Origin: Caecitellus pseudoparvulus
Lineage: Eukaryota > Protista > Bigyra: Bicosoecida
Assembly: GCA_965644315.1 (NCBI GenBank)
Contig: CBFFRQ010000054.1
Span: forward strand, 374,948-438,947
Length of the DNA: 64,000 nucleotides
Reading direction: 5' to 3'
The notes under the pieces are model-generated. The model worked only from the letters and a program-made list of their open reading frames with translations. It was not told where the DNA came from and made no database searches. A program made the translations under genes and the position numbers. This document shows, in pieces, positions 1 through 12,000 of the stretch; position 1 is the stretch's first letter, and each line of letters starts with the position of its first letter.

Positions 1-1139
1 CGCATGTTCCTTCTCTGTAGCGGCGATGCTGGCCTCCCGTTCGCCCAGGGAGGCCAGGTGCTGCGCCTTCCAGCGGTCAAACTCAGCCTTGGCCGCCGCC
101 ATGGCTCGCTCCGCCGCGTCCGAAGCCGCCGCCACGCGTGCGTTGCAGTCTCGTTCCCACTCGCGCAGACGGGCCTGCTCCAGGGCGATGGCCTTGGCAT
201 CCAGCTCACTGGCGCGTCGGAAATCCGCCTCACGGCTGCTCGCCTCCGTCAGCTGGGTCAGCATGCGCTGCCGAGTGTCGTAGGCTTCCCGGTCAAAGTC
301 CGCACGGGCTCTGGCCAGGGACGCCCGCTCAGCTTCCAGGCGCCCCTCCAACTGGGCATACCGTTCGGAAAATGCAGCTTCCAGCTCCTCGCGCTGCTTG
401 GCCATGGCGCTCTGCCACCGGCGCCGCTCACTGGCAGTGGCCACGGCCACCTCTTGCTGGCGGATGCGAGCCAGTTCACTGTGCAGCTCCTCTTGCGCCC
501 TGCGATCAGCTTCAGCCTGGTGCTGGCGTAGCAGGCGTGTAATGTCCATGGGAGCACTGGGTGGCGCAGCTGGTGTGGGCGGATCTGCGGGTGGCGGGCC
601 AGGTTCGCATTCGTCGGCCGTTGCAGGTGGCTCGAAACGCCAGGCGAAACGCCACGCACCATAAGCGGCCAGTCCTGGCGCTCTGCCCTTCGATGCGCGA
701 GCAGCACTCTCTTGCTGACCTTGAAGATATCCCACCTCGTTGATCAGATCCACAAGGACGCTGGAACCCGACCCCTTGACGCGCAGTGCCTGTGGACAGC
801 GCCGCACGTGTGAGGGACCGGCTGCAACGGCAGTCGCGCACCGCGTCGTACCTGCCGCAGCACGCCGGGAGACATGTCCGGCAGCTGTTCGCGCTCTGCA
901 TCTAGGATGGACAGGGTCTTCGTGTGCCCCGCTGCCTTGAGGAAGTCCACCACAATCGCGAGGGCGGTGGCATCGCTGTCTCCGTCCTCCTCTGGCGCAG
1001 CAACGGCACGCCTCTGCCGCTGCTGCCCCAGCAGCCGCTGCACTACCACGGCGCGCAGGGCAGCCTTAGCTTCAGGCAAAGCCCCACTGCTCGCCAGGGT
1101 GTCGTGCAGTGCACGCTGCGCGTTGCTCGACCCCGCCAT
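1..1139 (-). CDS. OFD1: OFD1-like centriolar/basal-body protein (TOF + LisH + coiled coil), 3' truncated by window edge
   Basis: ATG at 1139. LHDTLASSGALPEAKAALRAVV is TOF-like and ALAIVVDFLKAAGHTKTLSILDAE is LisH. After an intron (~790-850) comes a coiled coil with EAYDTRQRMLTQLTEASSREADFRR, resembling the OFD1 'Y.QRQ.LL....REAE' segment. Confidence 0.7.
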
Positions 1140-1748
1140 GCTGCACGGCACGGGCGTCCTTGATGTGGAGCTGGCAGAGGCAGCGAGGCAGTGGGGGACG
1201 AGCAGACTAGGTGCCGACAGAGCAGGGCTGCGAAGAAAGCACGAGCGAGCTTCTGCCACTTCGCATTCACCTGCGTGTCAGGAAGTGGCTGTGCACGGTG
1301 CATTGCGCCTGCACGCACCGCACACCGTCCCACCTTTCAGTGTGCCCCCCCCCACTCTGATGCGTGACATGTTTCAGCATGCACGGACTCCGAAGCTGCC
1401 CAAAAGGATGCCTGCCCCGACAAGGGCGACTTCGTGGTGGGGAGCAACTACAATTCTTTATTCATTGCATTCTTCAATTGGGAAACACTACAAACTCTTG
1501 CTCCCAAAAGCACATGGCTGCCTTCTTTAGAACTGTCCACCGCATGTGGGGAGACACAAAGTCAAGCACAGCCACAATTTCCCTACCTACAACTTGATAC
1601 CTGGAACACACTTCACTCAGTCCAGAAGGCCTACGAACCAGCGGGTGCCTGTCTTCTGTTCGGCCGCCCGCCAGCGCAGCTGCGCCAGCTCACGCTGTGC
1701 GGCGCCTTCAGCGCCCTCGTCCACCCCCCAAGCCAGCCTGCAGCCGAG

Positions 1749-3030
1749 ATGGCGGCCATGGGGTCCGAGCCCATTGTTGTGGCTGATGTTGGCAGCTGCT
1801 TTGCGCGTGTCGGTCTCGCGGGGGCCTCGACGCCCGCGGCAGTGTGCCACTCAATCGTGGGCAAGCCCAAATACCGCAGGGTGCTGAAGGGAGCAACCTC
1901 TGCCCCTGCTGACGGACAGTGAGTGCCTCAAACAGTCCTCCCATTAGAAGCCACCCTTGCTTCAATGCCCCCCCCGCTCTCTAACCAGGCTTGTGTGCGG
2001 GGATGCTGCCATGTCGCAGCGTGCGCTCCTCGCCCTGCGCCGGCCGGCAACGGCAGACGGCGTCGCAGACGTGTCCGATTGGCTTGCGTTGTGGGACCAC
2101 GTGCTGGCTAGCACTGACTCTGCTGCAAAGGGCGGAGGTGGGTCCCTGTCCTCTGCTGCTGTGGCTCTCGTCGCGCCGCGGTGTGCCAGCACCGCGGTGC
2201 AGGCTGGCTTGGTGCAGGCACTCCTGGCCAGTCGCAAGCATAGCAGGGTGCGCCTGGTGAACCCTGCTGCCGCAGCCCTGTACTCCGCTGGGCTGACCAC
2301 TGGCGTAGCGTTGGACGTCGGACACACGGGCAGTGCTGCAGTTCCCATCCTGGACGGATTCGCAGTGCCAACGGCAGCACGCCGCTCGCGGGCAGGCGGC
2401 GCGTCCGTCGTGCACACTGTCAGGGTGCGTCTCCTGCTTGGGCCTCGCTAGGTCACACGCCCGGAGCAGCCCGCTCGCTCATTTTCCTTTGCACAGGAGA
2501 GCCTGCGCCAGCAAGGCCTGCACCTGGACCTGCCGTCGGAGGTGGAGGTGGCGCGGGAGATCGCCGAGGCAGTGAGCCAGTGCGGAGCTGACCCCAAGCA
2601 AGCTGTCCCTGGAAAGTACCAACTGCCAGACGGGTCCATGTTGGCAGTGCCCTCGGAAGCCATCAGGGCTGGCGACTGCCTGTTTTCCCCAGGCAACCCC
2701 GATGAGCCTGGCCTGCATACCATCGTCGCTGCATGTGTGGCTGCCACAGATCTCCACGCCCGCGCCAGTCTCCTGAACAATGTCGTCATGTACGGCGGTG
2801 GGTCCCTGTACACAGGCGCACCGCAAGCCTTCTTGAACAACCTCGCCGCCTCTGTTCCTCGTGGTGTGAACGTCTCCGTGCGGGCGAGCAAGGACCGATT
2901 CATGGCACCGTGGACTGGGGCGAGTGTCCTCACTGCCCTGGAGTACAAGGCAGAGGAGGGCAGCTGGCTGACAGCTGGGGACATAGAAGAGCACGGTGCT
3001 GTCAGGGCTGTTGAACGCATGAATTGGTAG
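1749..3030 (+). CDS. Divergent actin-related protein (3 exons)
   Basis: Actin motifs IVVADVGSCFARVGLAG, IVGKPKY, AALYSAGLTTGVALDVG, YQLPDG, NNVVMYGGGSLYTG and PWTGASVL. GT-AG introns at 1919-1988 and ~2426-2497. Confidence 0.85.
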
Positions 3031-3037
3031 GCTATGT

Positions 3038-6000
3038 TCAGCGTTCCGTGATGCACAGCAATGCAACGCCTCGCAGAACCCAGTGGGATGCCTTCTGCAC
3101 CCGTGTTGGAAGGGGCACGGACACCACCAGGAAGAAGTCCGTGCGGTCTGGGTACCTGTAGATGGGGCATTGGTATGGGGCGTTTCCTGTTGGCGAGTAG
3201 ATGTCTGACTTGCTGGACACCTGCGAGTCCTTGATGGTGGTGAGGTACAGCACGGGAAGCGGGGCGAACAGGACCTTGGGCTCAGACTCAACGAGTGACC
3301 CTTCGCTGCGTCCCCATCGCGCCCCGTCCAGGAACAGCCCGTGAACGTACACGCCCTCCTCTGGTGCGTCGCGCACAGCATCGGCACCCTTGAAGTCTGT
3401 GACCTGGGCGTGGTACACGACGTTGTCCAGGGCCCACCCGTCTGCCTTGTGGCGGCGAGTAACTTCTTGCTTCATGGAAGTCAGGAAGCCTTGGGGGTTG
3501 AAAAAGCCTGTCATCCAGTAGCTGTTGGGAGGTTGAGAGGTCAGCCACGTCCTGATTTGATCATCTCTGTCCAGGAAGGACGAAAACCACTGGCCGAGGT
3601 TGAGCAGGAGCCACGAGAACTCATCACCTCCTGGCGTGTACAGCCAGCTGCGTGGCACCTTGGCAGAGAAGATGTCCATCATCGCCGCTTGCAGCTCACT
3701 GGTGAGGACCACTTCGCCCTTGATGGCGAGTTTCATCTGCTCAAGCATGCTTCGGGCGCGGTCCACGACCCTCGCAAGGCGCTGGATTTCCTGGAACAGG
3801 AAGATGTTCGCTGGCTTGGACAAGCCTCCAAGCTTCCGGATCCGGGCCTTGTAGTCGTCCTCCACGTACGCCTCAGGCAGCTTGGCCAGCAGCTCGTCGG
3901 CCTTCTCCGTGACAATTTCATCCATGGAGCGCCCCCCCGCTGCGCCGATGGACTTGGGCTGTGTGCCCTCCATGGTCTGCAGCAGCTCCACCACTTCCTT
4001 CACCCGGAAAGTCAGGTCGCCGTTGGGGTGCAGGCCAAAGATCTCGGGGGAGTCGATGTCTGGGAAGGTTTGCGCGTACTTGCGGTAGGGCTCCACTTCA
4101 CTGTCAGACATGACGACGTACTGGAAGTCGTCAGGGATGGGGTTGATGGGTGCGGCGGGGTTGTACCGGAAGTCAGGGTCGAGAGTGCCGGGGGTGATCC
4201 ACCGGCTGGCGTACGCGTTGAACATGCGCCTGTCGAAGTCATCTGTGATCTTGCCCCCGTACTGTGCCTCGGCCACCATGTACTGGAATGTTGGCCACGA
4301 GATTGGCCCACTGTACAGGTGCTTCTCCAGGAACATGATGCAGGCGCGCAGGTCGCCGGAGTTGTACTCGTACGGCACGCACCATCCAAGTGGCCCGAAC
4401 TTCCTCCGCTCCTGCACGATGGAGTGCAGGAAGCATAAGTTGTACACGAGCTTCCTCCACATCTCTGCCTGGCTAGGCGTGTCGATGCGTTCCAGTCGGT
4501 CTTGGTCCACTTCCACCACGTACGACCTGTACAGCCCAGCCTTCAGGCCTGATGGGGGCTCGTTCGTCACTTTGGTGCTCATCTGCAGCAACCCCAAGGG
4601 GAAGTCCTCTGAGGGCATGGCTGTGATGAACAGTCGGAAGTCTTCGTGCACTGCATCCTGCATCTTGTTCAGGATGTCCTCCATTTCCACCATGAGTTGC
4701 AGTCCCAACTCACAGTTCTGCAGCAGCACCCACGTGCCGTTCACCGCTGCTTTGTCCATCATGCGCTTGGCAATCTGTTCTTGCCCTTCACCCATGGAGA
4801 TGCTCTCTACAGTTGTCTTCTTCCTCTTCGCCAGCGCTTCGATGGCCTCCGTCGGGTCTGCTCCCACAGAGAGCAGGAAGATCACCGGAACTTGGGCCAC
4901 CATGCCGTCGAATATGCTCTCTATCGTGTCGGACACCGGGTCCACATACCGAGGTCCGATGTTCGCCACGTTGCGGATGAACTGCCGGATGGCCAGCAGG
5001 GTTCGGTCTTTGCGTAAGGCCCTGATCAGCAGCAGCCGGCGCCAAGGGCCAGCATGTGGGTCGCCGCTCAGCGGCCCCTCAAAGTCAGGAATGGGGAGGC
5101 GCTCGGGATCGTTGGCATCAAACCAAGCCCTCCACATGCTCTCATTGCGACTGATGGCATCCAAGAGTGACGCGAAGAATGGCAGCGCTGATGTCAGCGC
5201 CTTGGCATTCAGCCACGCCTCCCTGGGCATCCAGCGCGGTGGCGGCCCTGCGCTTGCAGGGTCAACCGCGGCGCCTGCTTGGAGGAAGAGGGAAATCTCG
5301 CTGGCGTCCAGGACTTCAGCCTTGACTAGGATCTTCAGGGTGAACATGAGCACGAAGAGGAGTTTATGCCGCTCGTACAGGCCTCTGTTTATGTAGCGGT
5401 ACACGGAGTACGTCATGGTGCTGACAATGTTCTCCACGCGCTTTGTGGCCAGTGCGCTCTTCTCCGCGTCATCGATACTCTTCGCAAACAACTCAATGAA
5501 CTGTGCGAGGGATGTTTGGTACATGACGTTGACCAGGGACATCTCGACGATGGAGAAGTACAGCACCGACCCGCGGGTCGCGACAGGCCGGTATGCTTCG
5601 CGCTGCTCGCTGATGGAGGTGCGGGCCTCATCTGCAGCGTCCAGCTTGTCCTTGACTTCAGCTGCCTTGGTCTTGGTGTTATTCAGGACGTCCACTAGCT
5701 CTGCATCCTCCAGCAAGTTGCCCCCCCCGCTCAGGCGATCCAGCAGCTGCGAGTCCAGCTCCTGCAGCGCTTTGCGGTTCGAGTTCACCTCCGCCAGCAC
5801 CTGCTCCAGCATCTCTTCCAGCTCCCGTTTCTCTTTCTTGATCACTCGGCCCAGCAGCTGGTCTTCCAAACCGCTCATGGTCACAGTGAAGTCCACGACG
5901 GTTGTTTTTGCTTGGAGCTCAGGGGAGAAGTGAGGATTAGGCAGGCGGGTGATGAAGTACATGGCGAAGCTGTCGTCCATCTCCACCTCACTGTCGGCGA

Positions 6001-9000
6001 CTTTGATGTACTTCCGCTTGTTGCGGATGATGATCTGCTTCTCCAGCACAGGGTCCAAGAGGGGGTCCAGCTCCTCCTCCACGTTGATGACGATGAATGC
6101 GAAGCCCTGCCCCATGCAGAACTCCAAGTTGTCCTTCAGCCGGCTGGAATTCACAGGGGTCACGGGGGGTGTCGGGAGTTTCCCCCCCTCACGGTTCCGG
6201 ATCCAGTTCAGTGCTTGGCCTTGTGGATCAATCAGCAGCGGGTAGCGCGACGAGCGCGTGACCAGGATGCCATTCTGCACACTGAGGGGGTCAGTCGGTA
6301 GCCCTTCCAGGTTCCAGTCGCCAATGGTCCCGGCGTCCACCAGGAAGTCAATGACCTCCAGCTTGTCAGTGACGGGGACGCCGCGGGACTGCAAGTCGGC
6401 AGTGAACTTCTCCTGCACGAGGTACTGCCGGAAGGGTGCGTTGAATGGACCACAGTAGCAAGTGAAGGCACAAGCCACTGCCACGTCCCCCACCAGGCGC
6501 CGCTTTTGGTCGGCAAAGTTCTTGCTGTCTTCCGTCCATCGGATCTTCTCCCCTGCCAAGCCGTTGATGAGCTTCTCTGCCTGCTGCAAGGTGGAGGCGA
6601 GGCGATTGGCATTGTCCTCCAGGTCCTGCTTTGCCGACATTTGTGCGTCGTAGTCTGCCTGCAGGGCCGCCAGGCGGGCCAGCACTCCCGCCTCCTCCTC
6701 CTCAGCCCTCCCCAACGCCGCCAAGGCCTTATCCAGCTTGCCTTGGGCGACTTGCAGGGCCTCTAGCTTTGGCTTGACCACCCTGGAGGCGTAGAAGTAG
6801 TCCCGCATGGCACCGGCCCACACTGCCATGTTCACGACGTAGTCGCTCATCTTCTTGGCAGCCAGGTGGTCTGCGTTCAGCCACGGGTGCAAGGAGTACA
6901 CTTCGACGAGCTCGCAGGTCTCTTCATTCACTGCATCCTTGTCGAACCCCTGCAGGCGTGGAAGGAAGTCTGAGGTGCTGATGACCGCCAACGCTGAGTG
7001 CTTGTAGCTGTCTGCCAGGAACTCAAGCTCCGTCCCACACACGACATTCACAGCATCACTTCCAGTTGTGACGGGCAGCAGAGGGGCTTGGAATAGGATG
7101 GCCACCATGTCCAGGACATACTTGATGGCAGCGGGGGGGGACGGCTTCACTGCCTTGATGCTTTGGATGTCCTTGGCGGTGATGCTGGCAGCGGCGCCCA
7201 GCGCGCGGTCCACGATGGGCTGCGCCTTGTCCAGGTCAGCTTGGCACAGTTTCTTTTCTCCTTCAATCTTTGCAGCCTCTGCCTCGCACCCGTCCTTGAT
7301 GACCTTCACCTTCTCGCCTTGTGCCTCCGCTTCCCCCCGCTTGACGGCCAGCGTGCCGAGCAGAGCATTCACCTTGTCCGTGGCTTCCGCCACTTCTGCC
7401 TGCTTCACCTTCAGCACCCCCTTCATCTCGTCGACGCCTGCGCTGCCCTCAATGAGCTTCTGCAGCCCCATGTTCACGTTATCTTCCTGTTTCTTCAAAC
7501 TGGCGAGCTTTGTGGCATACAGCTCCTTGTAGTTGGCGATGAAGGCGAGGTATGACTTGGGCGTCTGGTACACGTGCCGCCGCATGGCTTGATAGTACTC
7601 CTTGCACACTTCCACGACCATGTTGTGCACCATACCCATGTGAGTCATGAGCTCGTTCTTGGTCTCGTCTGGCGTCTCCATGGCGTAGTCCCCCAAGAAA
7701 CCCCTGGACACCGACACCAACGCCTCCTCTGGCCATGGCAGGAACCAGTCGATGGTGCACCCTGAGAAGAGGCCGGGGAACTTTCGAGCTCTCTCGGAGA
7801 ACTTTGCGTCCACAGGTGAGAAGCACAGGACTATGTGCAGGTTGTCTTTTGCCAGATCGAAGAAGTACTGCTGTAGGTTTGTGGGAGTCTCTGGCACTCC
7901 CGCCCGCTCCTTCGCAAAGTGCGGCTGCAGATCGCCCGTGATGCCCATCATCTCGTCCTTGGCGAACAGCCCAGGCACTTCCCCCGTCAGCAGCAGGGAG
8001 TTGACGTACTCCAGAAAGGCCTCGCTCTTGATCTCGGCGTCAGTCAGCATGAACGTGACACTCTTGCGCTGGTGCCCGGCAAGGTCCTGGCAGAACTTGA
8101 GGTCTTCCATGAACGAGGCGACGTTGTACGTCTTCGTCAGCGTGATTTGAAACAGCGTGGAGCGCGCGATGTACGAGGCAAGCCGAGTTAAGCTCTGCTT
8201 GCCTGACCCGCCCACACCTACGAGGAGCGCAGATCCGCACGGCATGGCAAGGATGCGAGCAATGCGGATCATATGCCGCATGGCGTCCTCGAACAACACG
8301 AGGTTCAAGGAACGGGCAGGGAACTCGGTGTTGTGCTTGTGCATGAACATGGTTACACGTTCTCGAACGTTTTGCAGGCTGCCGCCTTGCTCGTACACCT
8401 TTGGAGCCTCCGCGACTAGCACGTCGTCTTCGTCGTAGACATCTTCACGGAAGAAGTCAACCCAGAACGACTCCTCTTTGCACTTGGCGGCAGCATCTGC
8501 CCCAAACGTCTCAGCCAAGACACTGTCGGCTTTGGCGGCGTACCACTTCTTCTCGTCGTTGGCCACGAGTTTGTCGGAGAACACTCGCTCACACTCATGC
8601 TTCCACAGCTTGAGCAGGGCGATGTCAGGGTCCATGCCCGGAGTTTGCTGGCCACCGGTGCGGATGCTGTCCTTGGGGGTCAGCAGGACGCCTTGGAACA
8701 CCCGGCTCAACTCGCGCATGTTGAAGACATAGTGGAACTTGGCTGGTGTGGGCAGCATCTTTGCCTTCACCGAGTTCCACAGCTGAATCGTCGCCGCTGT
8801 CAGTTTGCTAACGACCGCCATGGTGGCGTCACTGAAGTCGGCGGGTTTGAAGCGGCCCGCCAGCATCTGCCCGTACAAGTCATCAATCGACTTCAGGGAG
8901 GGAAGCACAAGGTTGAAGGCGAAGAATTGGCGCTTGAGGCGGTCCGGGATGTCGTTGCGACCGCCACCAGGGTGGGTCATGGCCGCCATCCACCGCAAGT

Positions 9001-12000
9001 CCTCGCAGACCTTGAAGTCCCCACGCTTGTCCTTGTCGAGGAAGTACAGACCGGACGCTTCGATGACCTGTCTGACGATTTCGTTTGTTGGCTGGTCTCC
9101 CCACTCGTTGATCTCGGGCATGGAGATGTCGTCAATGAACACCGTCATCTTCCGCCCAGCTGGGGGGCCAAAGTTCTTCCCCCCGCGCTTGTCCAGACTG
9201 GACTCGATGGCGTCTTGGAACATGCGCATGGTTGTGGCAGACGAGAAGTTCAGCCGCTTTGACACCATTGCAGAGGAATCGAACCCAGCCATGAACATGA
9301 GTGCCGTGGAAGTCTTTGCCGTGCCAGAGCCACCCGTCATGAGCACGGGAGTGTTCATGCTGTTCATGGCTTGCAGCAGGAAGATGCTCCGAGTTGAGTC
9401 CATGGTGGGAACGAGGAGGTTCGAGAAGTCCAGCGGCTCGTCCACCGACGGGTAGTGCCAAGTGGGGGGAGCCCACGGCTCCCACTCCCACGACTCTTCG
9501 TTGAGCTGCATCTCAAAAATCGTTGCGTCACCAGTGACCTGAGGCACAAGGTGGGGGACCACCCCTTCCATGTACTTGTGGTACTTTACGCGGTCTTCTG
9601 GCTCAAGCACCCCGGCGATCGCCCACGAGACGCAGTACAGCAGGATGCGGCCGCACACAAGCTCTGCTGCGTCGCTGCTCATGGCAGGCAAGTGGTCCGC
9701 ATTGCGGCTCAGCAGAAGCTCTAGCAGCCGCGTCATGGCCTTCACGCTGCCGATGCGGGACAGCACCATCACGCGGTTTGTCTGACGAATGAGGAAGTCA
9801 AAGAGGTGCCCTGGCTCAGGCGGGGCACACACGCCGATGATGCGCTCAGCAAGCCTGTCCAACACCTCACGCTGTGACTCCTCCTGCAGACCAAGCCAGG
9901 CGTCCCACTTCGGCTTCCAGTCCAAGTCCTCTTCAGACACGTACACAATGCCGCACCGGGACACCGTCGCTGGCGAAGCGTTGCGCAGCGTCTCGTTCTC
10001 GAACATGATCTTGACGTTGTCAGTCATGGGGAAGCGGTCTCCGTTGGACAGTGTCAAGATGCGGTTGTCATCAAGCACAGTGTTCATGTCTTCGATCCAA
10101 ATGGCATCTACAGGCCCATCCTCAATGATCCACGTGTTGTACGGTAGCTCAGCGTTGTTGAACTTCTCCCAGATGGAGGAGAAGACGCCCTTCACCCACT
10201 CCCCGCTCAGCGAGTCGTAGCTGCCGTACAACTCGTGTGCCAAAATAGCCTTAGGGTTCAGCTTGACAAGCTTGTAGGGTGTGCCTTGCCAGCGAGCTCG
10301 TGCAGCGGAGAGGCAATCGAAGATGGCGCTCTTCCCGCCACCGGTCGGCCCAGACAGCATGATGCCATGTCGAACAAGGCATGTCTCGTGCAGCTGCACA
10401 ACCTTCGTCACCCAAGCCGGGTGCATGCGCATGTTTGCCTCGGACACGACGGTTGTCAAGCTGTCCATGAGCTCAGGGAACTGCGCTTTCGCTGGTGCGT
10501 CGTACTGCGGGAACAGGTCTACAAGCATGCTCAGGAACAGCGGCACGTCTTGGGCAATGAGCTTTGAAAGGTTCATGTCACGCAGGGTGCGGTACAGCAA
10601 GATTTGTTCGTCAACATCCAAGTTTTGCCGCTTGGTGTTGCCCGCCGTCCGTAGCACGGACAGGATGTTGCGCAGGCCGAAGTCGTAGTGTCGCTGCTTG
10701 GACAGTTGCTCCTCGCACAGGCGGTAGCAGATGAAGAACTTTGTGCTCAGCAGGTCAGCATTCTGGTAGCCGACAGACACGAGCTTGACCTTGATGATGA
10801 TCTGGCGGTCAGGGACCATCATGGCCACTCCCCGGAACAGCGCCTTCAGGTTCTCAGGTAGCTCCTGGCGCCCAGCGTAGCCTGGGTTCATGGTGATGAA
10901 GAAGCCGCACACGGGGTTCAGCGTCGTCTTGAACTCATCACCAGGAAAGAAGAACTCCTTTACGCTGGCCTTCTTGGCGTTGTTCACAGCTTGCACTTGC
11001 TGGGCGACTACGGACAGCACTGGCAGTGCAATGCGGTTGAACTCGTCGAAGCATCCCCACAGGCCCGCTTGGCAGAGCCCCTTAAAGATCTTTCCACAGT
11101 CAGTGTACCGCATTTGATCGCTGCAATTGGTGACGATGACGTAGATCCCCAGCGTTCGTCCCATGTCTTTCACCGTCTCGGTCTTTCCCGTGCCGGCCGG
11201 CCCCGCTGGGGCCCCGCCAAAGTACATGCCCAGCGCCTGCGCCAGGGTGATGTAGCAGCGGTCAGTGAGCGGCGTGATGACGAGCCGTTCCTTGACGCCC
11301 AGGTACTCATACTGGTACAGGAAGTTCACGTCCGTGACGGAGATGCGGCAGGCGCCGTCTTCGTCCACCTGGTCGCCTTGATCTGGGTGCCAGTAGAAGC
11401 GAGCCTGCTTCAGCCATTCAAAGTCATCGGAGGACCTGATCTTCCGAGCCTTCCACAGTGCCGCCATGTCCCGTGATACATCTGACTGGTGCACTTGGAT
11501 GGTGACGAGCGTTTCGATCTTGATGCGGTTCATCTTTGAGCCGAGGTCTTGCAGGCACCACGTTCCCATGGTGCGCTGCACTTCCAGCGCCTTTCGTTTT
11601 GCGAGGTCCACGGCGCCTTTCCGGCTGCGCCCTTGGGACAGCGCCAGCTCAGTGTCAGCTGTCCACATGAGCTGGATGCCGAGCAGGGCGTACTGCCCGC
11701 ATTGCCGGTCGACGAAGCCCCGCAGCTTGTCCAAGTCGTCGCCCACCGCTGCGATTTCAGCGGCACACTCGGCACAGTACCACTTCATCGTCGCTTGGTG
11801 CTCCTTCAAGAGAGCCATGAGCCAGTCCTCAATGTTCCCGACGCACTTTACTGGCTTGCGCAGCTCTATGGACTCGGTGCCGCCCTTCAAGAAAGAGTGC
11901 ATGCCCACGATCATGTCCTTGTCCTTATTGTCGTGCTCGACGCGCCCGATGGAGTCGAAGACGTTCTGGTAGTACTGCTGGATGGCTTGGGGGTCTGAGC

